Sequence record: AP017925.1
Length of the DNA: 64,000 nucleotides
Reading direction: 5' to 3' (one strand)
Each line of letters opens with the position of its first letter. Within the stretch, counting starts at the first letter, position 1. Positions 49,401 to 57,471 of the stretch are shown piece by piece. The position numbers and the translations under genes were made by a program. The notes beneath the pieces are model-generated. The model made no database searches. It was given only the letters and a program-made list of their open reading frames with translations, and was not told where the DNA came from.

Positions 49401-50920
49401 TGGAAGACTTGCAACGGGATGGTCGGAAGTTTGGTATCCCGAACGGTACGAGTCAGTTTGATCCGCGTGCAAGTGCGCTGATGACCGCAATGCGGCTGAA
49501 GTACAATGCTCAGGCTTTGCAAAAGGCTCTGGGTCGTCAGCCGACGGTGACCGATCTGTATCTGGCGCACCTGATGGGTACTGGTGGTGCTACGAAGTTC
49601 TTGAAAGCGCCGCAAGACGCAATCGGAGCTGAAGAGGCACCGACCGCAGCTAAGCAACACCCGACCTACTTCTACGAAGGTTCGCGTGCACTGACTGTGA
49701 AGGAAGTGTATGCGAAGTTTGCTGCGAAGGTAGCCAAACGCCCTGCTGAATTTGGGGTGACGGATACTGATATGAAGTCTGTTGGCTCCGTGGGTTCTGG
49801 TGCGACTCCTCCGCCGGCTTCTGGCGGTGGTGCTCCGCCTCCTGCTGCTCCTGCAAAAGCAGGTGCTGCTTCTGCTGGTCCCGCTCCTCGCGGTTCTGGC
49901 GGCGCCCCGGGGAAGGCAACATCAGCAAACACACCTTCGGCTGGCTCGCCGCGTCTGAACGCGCCGGTGACGATGGATAAGGGTCACGCTGCAACGATGG
50001 GTACTGGTCCTGCTATCGTGAAGTCGAAAGATGCCAAGTACGAACTGATCCTCCAACGGGAAGAATCCGAGGATGATGGTACGTACGGTACACTGCGACT
50101 GCCCGATGGCACCACGCTCAATACGTTGGAGCTGCCGTGGCGAAACAACGAATCCAAAATCTCATGCATCCCGCCGGGTTCCTACCCGTGTAAAAAGCGT
50201 CCGTCCGCGGCCTTCGGGAGAGAAATGTACGAGGTTGGACAAGTTCAGGGTCGTAGCGGTGTCTTGATTCACGCGGGTAATGCTGCTGGATCGGCAGACA
50301 AGGGTATGAAGGCGGATAGCCAAGGTTGTATCCTCTTGGGTATGGACCGGGGCCGTCAGGGTAATCAAAAGGTTATCACTGCGTCCAAAGCCGCTATGCA
50401 GCTTTTCAATGAGAAAATGCAAGACATGCCCTTTACGCTGATCATCCGTCCTGGTAAGGGTGGTCTTGGTACTGGTGATTCGAAGGCTAACGTAAGCTTC
50501 GATCCGGTTCGTGGTCCTGCTAACACAGGCGCACAGCCGGGCGCCGGTAACGGAATGCCTGCAGTACGTAAGCAGTCTTCTGCCGCTGGTGGTGGCTATG
50601 CAGATTCGGTAGCTACCGGTTCCGATCTGCCGCGTTATAACACAACGTCGACAGGTCTGAATACTGGCGGCCCAACCCGGGCTGACATGAGGGGTCGTGA
50701 TGCAGCCATGTCGGATACGATTGGTCCTAAGCTGGATAACGTGGCTAACACGTTGTCGAAGATTGCGGACTCGTCGGATCAGGGCGTGGGAGTTTTGCGT
50801 CAGATCCTTGCAGTCATGAAGGGCAAGGGTGATGGTGATAAGCCGCCTTCGGTATCGGCAAACAAAGTGCGTCCGGAAACGGACACATCCGTTCCGGTTC
50901 CGCAGCGTCGCAACTTCTAA
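43412..50920 (+). CDS. Tape-measure / cell-puncturing tail protein (gp181-like) with SLT and DUF5675 domains
   Basis: About 2500 aa; AAAGGAG SD; Gly-rich hydrophobic segment; AIESGF..GFGQ..YLAH lytic transglycosylase motifs; LELPWRNN..CIP.G.Y and IHAGN..SQGCIL motifs. Confidence 0.88.
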   Translation: MATIGFKASDQKLMDDFDNFNFDDFNFDVPEPKDDRHPIVKALAPIGRGAKNYITDASSIEKFVKAAMPRGYGQAYDLAQEARSEVKQLYNSVGEEIKPVKESAKTLMRKALPALDGKIPKGLKEKLEAFSKEEQQWQARQGDRREEQLGDLLKSIFEQKATDQVAQRNELNEREKVRQGFEQIRHRDQISQLDAIRLAVESQAQYQNKIGYSVQKKQLELSYRTFWAMADLNKEQKRSNAEFLSELKAVTRNTSLPDMAKISLMKDYKSIIRNKFLENAREGMFGGAQDYFRKFSRNIKDQVVGRVRDYAGMAGTMSAGAEGMAGMMESMGDMPGFNARDEMIAGLMHFPMDWLAEKAGRKANAILAKNKKLRRGGSRASYMVNTVGDRIHEQLTDPTKGWGSLEGLRELLASAAPSSVPDSKMEVDSLDRAHEPRPFSRGNAKSLDEVIPGLLARIHREIKILRTGDESTPLITYDFAKNKFSTEKQMGSDLRKRIAGGNTDRANHFANNIINRIDRGKKLTPEQRERARQHLIERAVMGESIDITKSHLGSHWGGGQDGQAIADSFSRYLRSTDGKLGNNDQAYKRQIELMQQHRGIVGGIGDPRVLLQQMVNSGQLETLKNIGIIDENNNLDRKAYSQWLMHAEEADLSSPASTTSGGGKSFRRTPGSRRRAAPSAGMSDFIPRTSSKGAMGGGAAHELRSLNESLSNSTVEKNVQTITDLLASLDSKYTHAAEVNYLTLQSMLDQLIAIASSNGGMGSGQGGVDLLTKGKRAYTSLWEHVKGSSREAVDRIKTHGKAMAARGLQLWDKYSPGAKRRVGEILGAGRDKLKDMHGRLRDYYGDVVVSGESFPRLRANLLKAGEYRDRLTGRVLTSLEDITGDVVDSSGNLVITLDEFYNSYVTGTINKRVRELFTNVTSKLADWKSRLQVFIPSTIRDLKSRALGALNRVKEMLPPYDVYVKNDMSKPLLFANMFRYEMYTSAKTGNTLKHPRDIDGPVLDDKGNMVLTEDHIKVGLCDVVGDPITSARIPIKIMRKAKAAWEMMRDAAVGIFGALKGGLGNVNEYFKNFFTPFADIITNSKKTVTLLEAIRDILDDRLPKRKKVRGDVDGDGIREGSIEDIHRKRDQALALTHDKAAGRDPNADIKAGQGMIGKLLGALFGKKKAEEDEEGHHHGGSLLDDVADVADIYDDLKGGRGARGTAERRAAAKARLKRMRGAKPGFLRRGVGALGKLGGKLGKGALGRLGKWGLFNTDLVRGVGKVAGGIGSPLLRGAGKVAGGLGSLAVGAGRGLMGQSKLARLARWGMFNTDLVRGGAKGLGWAAKGLGAAAKLAPRALGLAGTAYSAYSAYDNIKQGNYGAAALDAGLGLGGMALTGGGLAGLASMGGAAMGGLGAVLASPFLLPALGVAAVGAAGYALYKYSQKTKPTNLSKLRLAQYGIAEDDTDARDKIFQLEQMLEDHMTIREDGNMMLDEKGVKLEEIADLFDIHREKDMQLFNMWYKRRFVPVYRKWLTEMRKFDKGAKIAKIESVIPGKSKLSVASSAVSSCMDAYSHMVGWSNARPELAVDANGVQAVLDSMRVDLAKDAEKDGGPKATAVAKDGVSSTTEASALAAKALTDKAHYQVKDQKGNVLDAASMNVGELTEKIKKGSLTVSVAVTLPASLVHNDKTHLDALASIRYKAYGLTHLSADKVRMLGAMELFIGDHITDDPDSPKLNISTEVVMKAAGEVFGVPNMTGEHATRWKTWFNGRFLPVFLMWAGTIRKKTGKTKLQEASDAFSIEDQLSLARAIIGATGVNADGSKVPVWQILTNPWQDDYELNSDPDSTAGNLEAIRLLADKVKLGQVSASQLPNKRKEPVVWYKPWTWGNAINEKVGGKSPNGKQGAGVNATGDSITGATGSKGAAALSGMGDPVSFSGGGGGNYTELPASSGNGWSANRALILAAAKMAGVDPKALIATIAIESGFNPNAAPKNPNLPSSAKGFGQHLDSSWLEDLQRDGRKFGIPNGTSQFDPRASALMTAMRLKYNAQALQKALGRQPTVTDLYLAHLMGTGGATKFLKAPQDAIGAEEAPTAAKQHPTYFYEGSRALTVKEVYAKFAAKVAKRPAEFGVTDTDMKSVGSVGSGATPPPASGGGAPPPAAPAKAGAASAGPAPRGSGGAPGKATSANTPSAGSPRLNAPVTMDKGHAATMGTGPAIVKSKDAKYELILQREESEDDGTYGTLRLPDGTTLNTLELPWRNNESKISCIPPGSYPCKKRPSAAFGREMYEVGQVQGRSGVLIHAGNAAGSADKGMKADSQGCILLGMDRGRQGNQKVITASKAAMQLFNEKMQDMPFTLIIRPGKGGLGTGDSKANVSFDPVRGPANTGAQPGAGNGMPAVRKQSSAAGGGYADSVATGSDLPRYNTTSTGLNTGGPTRADMRGRDAAMSDTIGPKLDNVANTLSKIADSSDQGVGVLRQILAVMKGKGDGDKPPSVSANKVRPETDTSVPVPQRRNF

Positions 50921-50928
50921 CCAGCTAA

Positions 50929-50970
50929 CGGCATAAGAGACGACGGGGGTAACCTCGTCGTCTCTCTATG
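50929..50970. terminator. Hairpin element after the tape measure gene
   Basis: CGGCATAAGAGACGAC..GTCGTCTCTCTATG. Confidence 0.7.
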
Positions 50971-50998
50971 TTTTGAGTCTTTTTAACAGATCACGGCT

Positions 50999-53113
50999 AT
51001 GGCAGAACGTCAAAAAGTAACCTTCCAGCGTCTTACGGATCACGACTGGTTGCGCCAGTCGTTTATGATCACGCATGGGACGCAGACTTCGTCGAGTGGC
51101 GACCCCACTACCGATGACGTCAAGATCCGGACGCGGTTCTTTTCCACCGCGGAATTCAAATTCGCCGACACTCGCCTAGGCGGGAACGTCGTCATCAACC
51201 CAGCTCCCCAGTTCACCCGTCTGGCCGATCCCCGCATTCGCGGTCTGTATCGGAATAGCAATGGCATGGGGCGCTACTATTCTGAAGTCATCGACGATAA
51301 CAAACGCATCATCACGATGACGTTTGGAGTGCCGCAGTTCAACTCACTGTCCACCTTCTATCGTGGCTTCTACGACCATAACGCCGCTACCGTAGCACGT
51401 ACGGGTCGTGCTCCATCGGTTTTTTATACCGCGGGTCAAGCAATCGGCTTTGTGGCCGGCCTCCTCTCGCCGTGGCTGGTGCTGTACTCGCTCGGCTCCG
51501 CGTTCATTAAAGTAGCAATGAACCAGCCATCGTCGAAGTATTACTTCTTCAAACCGTCGATGGCCAGCTACTGGAACGCCGTGTCTGGTGTTGCCAACGA
51601 CTTGGCGGTGAAGACGCAACTGATCTCCCGTAAGCTCGGTGATCCGTGGCGCTCGCCTGGTGATACCCGTAGTTCACAGCTCTCTGATCAGGATCTGTCG
51701 GATATCAACCGCTTCCTCTACGACGTGATTGACAGTTACGACGAAGAGACCGGTCAGGGTAATGGTATCAATGTCTACGCTGTGGCTACGCGCTACACGC
51801 GTATTCAGCGCGCCGCCTTCCGTACACTGGAAAGCTACTACAAGTCACGCAGTGCTCCTGACCAATTCGCCACCACGGTGGATGAAGAAGGCAAGAACAT
51901 GTTGCAACAGGTATCTGATGCCATTAACCGGCCTGAACTGCGTCGTCCGAAGACAACCTTCAAGGACTACATGGATCGCTGGACGGCTTCGGGTTCTCCT
52001 GGTGCCATGGAAGGTGCAGGTTCTGACAAGCTGTCAGTTTCGCTGGACAACGGCGGAAACAATAGCAATACGAACTCCTCGACGCCACCGGCGTCTGGCG
52101 ATGCAGCAGCGCCGCAGGGTACGACTGATCTGTTGACCGAAAAGTCGATCTCTTCAGCCAGCGAGTCCGATCAAACGCATTGGTATGACTTCCTGATCGC
52201 AGAGCAGGATGACGGTGCGCAGTATGTGTCCTTCCGTGTGGAGAACACAGGAGAACAGCAGGAATCGTTCTCTAACCAAGCAGGTGAGTCGGAGATCTCT
52301 TCGAAGATCAACTCGATTTCTGGCGCAGCACGTTCCACTCGCTTCTCAGCGGCTGATGGTAACATCGGCGGCGGTATTGCAGGTCAGTTCGTTCAAGGCG
52401 TGATTTCTAGCGCTAAGGACGTAGCAATGGGTGCGGCGAACTCGCTGGGTATCGATGGCATTGCAGCACTGGGTGGTAACGCGTTTGCAGACATTCCAAA
52501 ATACTGGATGAACTCCACGACATCAATGCCGCGTATGAACTATCGGATCAAGCTGATCTCGCCGTATGGCAATCGCTATTCCCGGTTCGTGAATATGTGG
52601 CTTCCATTGTCGATGCTGCTGGCTGGTTCTCTGCCTCTGTCCGCTGGTCCGCACTCCTACACGGCTCCGTTCTTGTGTCAGCTGTATGACCGCGGCCGCG
52701 CACAAACGCGTCTTGGCATGATTGACCAGCTCTCGGTGACTCGCGGCGGCGGTAACTTGGGCTTTAACAAGATCGGCGAACCGATGTCTATCGAAGTATC
52801 GTTCTCGGTAGTGGAGTTGGGTAACATCTTGCACATGCCGATCGCTAAGTCGTTCAACCCGATCCAAGGTCCTGGCAAGTTGATTTCCACGATCTTCGAT
52901 AACGAATCGCTCTACAATGACTACATTGCGACTCTGTCGTCGTTGTCGCTGGCTGAGCAGATTTATGTGGGTGAGCGTCTGAAGATTGGCGTGACGAAGT
53001 ACCTCAAGGATGCCGATAGCTGGTTCAGCGTGCCTCACGCTATGAACTGGTTTGGTGACCTCGCGCCGGTACGCGCCTTCAGTGCGTTCTTCAACGGTGT
53101 TGCGAACCGCTAA
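50999..53113 (+). CDS. Tail tip / baseplate hub protein (gp182-like)
   Basis: 704 aa; TSLGGN-like TRLGGNVVINPAPQFT..ADP, GMGRYYSE and GMIDQLSVTRG motifs; follows the tape measure gene. Confidence 0.75.
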   Translation: MAERQKVTFQRLTDHDWLRQSFMITHGTQTSSSGDPTTDDVKIRTRFFSTAEFKFADTRLGGNVVINPAPQFTRLADPRIRGLYRNSNGMGRYYSEVIDDNKRIITMTFGVPQFNSLSTFYRGFYDHNAATVARTGRAPSVFYTAGQAIGFVAGLLSPWLVLYSLGSAFIKVAMNQPSSKYYFFKPSMASYWNAVSGVANDLAVKTQLISRKLGDPWRSPGDTRSSQLSDQDLSDINRFLYDVIDSYDEETGQGNGINVYAVATRYTRIQRAAFRTLESYYKSRSAPDQFATTVDEEGKNMLQQVSDAINRPELRRPKTTFKDYMDRWTASGSPGAMEGAGSDKLSVSLDNGGNNSNTNSSTPPASGDAAAPQGTTDLLTEKSISSASESDQTHWYDFLIAEQDDGAQYVSFRVENTGEQQESFSNQAGESEISSKINSISGAARSTRFSAADGNIGGGIAGQFVQGVISSAKDVAMGAANSLGIDGIAALGGNAFADIPKYWMNSTTSMPRMNYRIKLISPYGNRYSRFVNMWLPLSMLLAGSLPLSAGPHSYTAPFLCQLYDRGRAQTRLGMIDQLSVTRGGGNLGFNKIGEPMSIEVSFSVVELGNILHMPIAKSFNPIQGPGKLISTIFDNESLYNDYIATLSSLSLAEQIYVGERLKIGVTKYLKDADSWFSVPHAMNWFGDLAPVRAFSAFFNGVANR

Positions 53114-53148
53114 CCATTTTTCAACCATCAACAAAAAGAAACACCATC

Positions 53149-53499
53149 ATGAACAAAGAAGACATTGCTCGTGTCTGTCACGAGACCAACCGCGCCTACT
53201 GCGAATCGCAAGGCGATCACTCTCTGGTTGCTTGGGAAGATTCCGCCGACTGGCAGAAGAAATCCATGCGCCTGGGTGTGGAATTCCATCTGAGCGGCGA
53301 TCACGGCCCCGAAGCCAGCCACGTCAACTGGATGAAACAGAAGGAGCAGGATGGCTGGACCTACGGTCCCGTCAAGGATGAAATCAAGAAGGAACACCCG
53401 TGCATGGTGCCCTTCAACCAGCTGCCGGTGTCTCAGCAGGCCAAGGATTTCATCGTCCGCAGTGTCGTTCATTCGCTGAAGCCGTATCTGACGGAATAA
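53149..53499 (+). CDS. Stand-alone RyR domain protein
   Basis: H..WM..K...GW.YGPVKD..KKEHPCMVPFNQLP..Q.AKD is the RyR repeat signature. Confidence 0.88.
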   Translation: MNKEDIARVCHETNRAYCESQGDHSLVAWEDSADWQKKSMRLGVEFHLSGDHGPEASHVNWMKQKEQDGWTYGPVKDEIKKEHPCMVPFNQLPVSQQAKDFIVRSVVHSLKPYLTE

Positions 53500-53506
53500 T
53501 GTCATA

Positions 53507-53557
53507 GCGGCATAAAAGAGAAGGGGCCTCGCGGTCCCTTCTCTTTCTTTTATGCTG
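53507..53557. terminator. Bidirectional terminator after the RyR gene
   Basis: GCGGCATAAAAG-stem-CTTTTATGCTG. Confidence 0.8.
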
Positions 53558-54787
53558 TTAAAGCCCCAGCAGTGCTGCGATTGAGCCTTTGATAAGGCGA
53601 GCATCGACCACGTTCTGATTTGAAGCATTGCGCATACCGGCCGGGTTACCACCTTGCTTGGGCAACTTGTCATTGTATTGACTGAGCAGCGCCACGTTAG
53701 GGAAGTCCCGCTTGATCGCATCACCTACCGTCACTTCACGATAGACGGAAGCCAGGCCATGCACAGGCTGTACACGCACTGGCGACGGACGACCTTGAGC
53801 TTGTTCCGCCGACCAATACTTCACCCCCGTCATCAGCAGGTTCGAGAAATCTCGTGAACCACCGACCAGAGCCAGCAGGTTCACTGCAGTGTTACCAGGG
53901 TCACCGCGGGACATCGAATCCCACATGCTATCCACATTTTCGAAAGAGTGGAAGATGTCCTCAAAGCTGTTAAGCGTGTGACCGCGATCACCACGATAAA
54001 CGAACGCCTTGGAGAAGTTCTGCGTGAAGCCAGGGTCGAATACGTTGATCAACTTACCGGCTGTCGATGAGGATAAGTCACGCAACATCTTGGTATCGCT
54101 ATTGCGCAACGCAATTGGCAATACTGCACGCGTTACTCGGCCCAAGATGCCGTTATCGTTCACCGTGTCAGTGATCGCTTTGAAGGCACCCGGAATCCCG
54201 AGGTCGCTGGCGGTGGTAATCACCGAACCCAGTAGACCAGAGATAGCCCCGCTGTCTTGACCGGAGAAGATGTTTGACTTCGTGTACTTGTTGATAAAGC
54301 TGCCAAGCGCACGAACATCTTTGATATTCGCCGAATCCACCATTGACTTGGTATCGTTGATCGTGCACTGCAGTTTGGCGGCTTTCTGCTGCGCGTATGT
54401 CTTGAGCATCGCGCCTTGCTTGAGCTTGTCGTTCAGGCCATTGTACATGTCCCTGAATTCGCTGTTGGTGCCAAGTAGTCGTTCAGTCAGAACGTTCTTA
54501 TCGAACATCAGACCTTCTTTGGTCTTCGAAAGAAAGTCTGCTGCCTCACCAGCTTTCAACTTGAGGCCGAACAGGGAGTCTTGGACTCCGAGTTCCAGTT
54601 GTTGAATCGAAGTGATGGCACTAGCTTCAGCACCATCTACCGCACTCATTAAGCTGTAGACGTCTGCAGTTGCGACGTCGTCTTTAGGCCCGCTCTCGAA
54701 CGTGCTGCTCGCCAGTCCCGGAATGGACGGCTTCGAGATAGACGAGAGGTCGGGGACCTGTACAGCAGGGATCGAGGGTAGCTGCAT
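53558..54787 (-). CDS. Conserved phiKZ-like virion structural protein
   Basis: TFESGPKDDVATADVY N-terminal motif recalled from phiKZ-like structural proteins; about 410 aa. Confidence 0.6.
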   Translation of the reverse strand: MQLPSIPAVQVPDLSSISKPSIPGLASSTFESGPKDDVATADVYSLMSAVDGAEASAITSIQQLELGVQDSLFGLKLKAGEAADFLSKTKEGLMFDKNVLTERLLGTNSEFRDMYNGLNDKLKQGAMLKTYAQQKAAKLQCTINDTKSMVDSANIKDVRALGSFINKYTKSNIFSGQDSGAISGLLGSVITTASDLGIPGAFKAITDTVNDNGILGRVTRAVLPIALRNSDTKMLRDLSSSTAGKLINVFDPGFTQNFSKAFVYRGDRGHTLNSFEDIFHSFENVDSMWDSMSRGDPGNTAVNLLALVGGSRDFSNLLMTGVKYWSAEQAQGRPSPVRVQPVHGLASVYREVTVGDAIKRDFPNVALLSQYNDKLPKQGGNPAGMRNASNQNVVDARLIKGSIAALLGL

Positions 54788-54871
54788 GATCGTCCTTAAA
54801 CAAAAAAGAAATAGGGGCATAACCACAGCCCGCCTCCCGAAGGAAGCGAGCTGTGGCGTGGGCGGATGGGC

Positions 54872-55420
54872 TTATTTCTTCAAGTAACGCTTCTCAGCAT
54901 CCAGCCAGACTGAAGGGACGACGCCCTCTTGCAGTGCCAGTCGGATGTCTTCAAAGCCCTTCACCAACCAGTCGGTTGATTGAGGGGTTACGTGAACAAC
55001 AGTGGGGCCGAACGTGTAGTAATGATCGAAAGGTAGTTCGGACTCGATCATCAGCTCGCGAATCCGATCATGCTGGATGATCTTTTGGTAGTTCGCGGCA
55101 ATGATATCTTCTTTAAAGTCCTTGTACCAGTGATAATCTAACGTCTTCCCCACTTGCTTCGCCCGGAAGCCGCTCAAATAGCGCAGCTTGTCTTCTTTGA
55201 AGCCAGAGCGCGCCCAATACCAGAAACCTTCCATAGAATAGAAAGGCCCGAAGTACGGATGCACGAATGGCGTGTGGGCGAAGTGCGACAGAGCTTGACC
55301 GAGTTCCGTTTTCCCCATCGAATGGATGTTGATGTGGTCAACACCATCCGTTTCGGTAGAGAAACCCATGGCGCTCTTGGTTCCCGAGGTGTACTTAGAT
55401 ACTGCAGCTTTACGAGTCAT
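54872..55420 (-). CDS. NADAR-family protein (T4 gp30.3-like)
   Basis: INIHS..ALSHFAHTPFV..FYSMEGF..LSGFRAKQVGK parallels the NADAR pattern LSNF..PF..F..EG/EH. Confidence 0.72.
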   Translation of the reverse strand: MTRKAAVSKYTSGTKSAMGFSTETDGVDHINIHSMGKTELGQALSHFAHTPFVHPYFGPFYSMEGFWYWARSGFKEDKLRYLSGFRAKQVGKTLDYHWYKDFKEDIIAANYQKIIQHDRIRELMIESELPFDHYYTFGPTVVHVTPQSTDWLVKGFEDIRLALQEGVVPSVWLDAEKRYLKK

Positions 55421-55444
55421 GGTAATGTGTCTCTTTCGATGAGG

Positions 55445-56290
55445 TTACTTGCGCTGCGCGAAGTTGATGCTGGTCTCGCACTCGGAAATGGTGTTATCCT
55501 TCCGATACGCTGTAATGTGAATCGTGAAGCCGGCTACTTCGAGAAACCGTAGGCCTTTGCAGAACACTTTCCACGTCATCTTGGGAAGACGAAACTCCTT
55601 ATTCAGATTACCCCGGATACTCTGTCGTTTATCCACCGTCAGTTGGCGATGCCCCTCCGTCCTTTCGATGAATGCGTCGAGCATGTCGCTCCATTGGTTT
55701 TGTGAGAAACCTTTCCCTTCAGTGACGCTCAGACTGATGAGATTAAAGAGCTTGGCCAGCACACCACTCGCCCCATTCGCATAGGTACGGTGGAAGGGCC
55801 TGCGGCCTTTGGTGTCATTACGTTGCACGGCGGGCGGGCATGGAAGTTCCTTGGGGAACAGGTGCTCAAACTTGCTGTTGGGCACAAAGCTAATGCTCGT
55901 GTAGGCATTGAACTCACGACCATCCACCAAATCACCGTACACTGAAACAGTGAATGCTTCGAACTGAAGAAACTTCATGCCTTTCAGCGTAAAGACGTTC
56001 CACGTCATGCTGGGCCGGCGAAGCTCTTTGTTCACATTTCCGCGGATGCTGGAGCGATCCAGCGTTGCATTGCTCTCGATTACTCCGCGGATATAATCGA
56101 TCATCAGTTTATTCCACTGGATAGGGGAAATACCACGACCTCCAGTGACATCTAAACAGATGATATTGAACAGGCGAGTCAACACCCCTTCAATACCGCC
56201 AGAGATTCGGAATCCCTGTGTTATTTGCTTGTCGCTCAAAGGCATGCCGGGCGCTATGACCGGCCGCTTATCGCGTTGCTTAGTTTCCAT
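55445..56290 (-). CDS. Hypothetical protein with a tandem duplicated domain
   Basis: GVL.RLFN.I..QW..SIRGN.NKE...MTW.VF..KG..FL occurs twice. Confidence 0.8.
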   Translation of the reverse strand: METKQRDKRPVIAPGMPLSDKQITQGFRISGGIEGVLTRLFNIICLDVTGGRGISPIQWNKLMIDYIRGVIESNATLDRSSIRGNVNKELRRPSMTWNVFTLKGMKFLQFEAFTVSVYGDLVDGREFNAYTSISFVPNSKFEHLFPKELPCPPAVQRNDTKGRRPFHRTYANGASGVLAKLFNLISLSVTEGKGFSQNQWSDMLDAFIERTEGHRQLTVDKRQSIRGNLNKEFRLPKMTWKVFCKGLRFLEVAGFTIHITAYRKDNTISECETSINFAQRK

Positions 56291-56361
56291 AGCTCTATCC
56301 TTTTATCTGGAAAAGCATGTGATTATTAGGATACGGTCTACTCTCCGTATCTAGTCTGAAG

Positions 56362-56865
56362 TTAACGACTGGCTTCCTCCACTGCTCGGCACACGTTGTG
56401 GATACTGGTGAAGCACTTATTCATCAGGCGAACGGAATACTCCACATTCCGATCCTTCCTTTCCAGCCCACGCTCAATGACAGCGAACAGTCGTTGACAG
56501 CTGTGCAGGAAAATATCAAACTCCGAAAGCGGGATGTACATGCCTTCAGTATCGGTGAAGAACTGATCCAGCGTTACGGTCTTGACTTCCGCGAAACAAT
56601 CCTTCGGAGTCAGGCCGTCTTGCAGTTCCAGTCGTTCTGCATATAGGTTGATACGCTCGGTCAGTGATGACACGTCCGCATTCACACTTTGCAGAAACAC
56701 ACCCGAAGCACGGATCGGATTGAAAGGACGACTGCCAGCTTCCCGTGCAGCGATCTTTTCCACGTACAGACGGGCCTGTTCGTGCTTGGGTAGATTGCTT
56801 ACACTGTCCTGTTCGTCGTTTGTGCTAGCTTTTGCCATAAAGCCGCTAAGGAGTTTTCTAAGCAC
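56362..56865 (-). CDS. Hypothetical protein
   Basis: 167 aa ORF. Confidence 0.7.
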   Translation of the reverse strand: MLRKLLSGFMAKASTNDEQDSVSNLPKHEQARLYVEKIAAREAGSRPFNPIRASGVFLQSVNADVSSLTERINLYAERLELQDGLTPKDCFAEVKTVTLDQFFTDTEGMYIPLSEFDIFLHSCQRLFAVIERGLERKDRNVEYSVRLMNKCFTSIHNVCRAVEEASR

Positions 56866-56961
56866 GGGTTAGTCCTTATTGTTGAGAGAGAATGAGAGAT
56901 GGGTCTGATGCATCTAGCGCCAGCTATATGCAAAAGATAACAGGGGTTGGGTAAATTTCAG

Positions 56962-57369
56962 CTAGTGCATTTTGTCCGAAGGTGAAAGTGGGATATGAGC
57001 GGTGTTGAACGTCGTGTAACCGTCATCCGTGTGGTTCATTGCTAGACCACCATAGTAGGTTACACTTTCCTCCATGGTGTTCTTCTCTTGATTTTCTGCG
57101 GCGATCAATTTACCTTCGGCGTCAAGGTGCGCAAAGCCGACATTGAAGTGATGGTTGATCAACAGCCGCATCTTCTCCGGATTATCCGGTTCGTATGCTT
57201 CGTTGGTCTTTGCTGTTGCTTCCTTGATCAGTTGCTTGAACGCTGCTGAAGGCACCATGAAGTTGTACATGGGAAACAGGACAACAGACTGGATAGCCTC
57301 GCCGTTGTCCTGCGGAACGACCCTCACGAACTCTCGCAAGTTCGCTGGGAGTTGATCAGCGTTTGACAT
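56962..57369 (-). CDS. Hypothetical protein, probably early
   Basis: AAAGGA SD; downstream of CATATTAC at 57431-57438. Confidence 0.75.
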   Translation of the reverse strand: MSNADQLPANLREFVRVVPQDNGEAIQSVVLFPMYNFMVPSAAFKQLIKEATAKTNEAYEPDNPEKMRLLINHHFNVGFAHLDAEGKLIAAENQEKNTMEESVTYYGGLAMNHTDDGYTTFNTAHIPLSPSDKMH

Positions 57370-57430
57370 TGTTGTTTGATATCCTTTGAAAGATACTCTC
57401 CTTAAGACAGAACAATCTGTCTTCCGAGTA

Positions 57431-57438
57431 GTAATATG
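57431..57438 (-). promoter_or_regulatory. Early-type promoter motif CATATTAC
   Basis: CACATATTACTAC, identical 13-mer to the 11264 copy. Confidence 0.65.
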
Positions 57439-57471
57439 TGCTTAACCGTTTTTTGAAATAGAGGTGACGCT

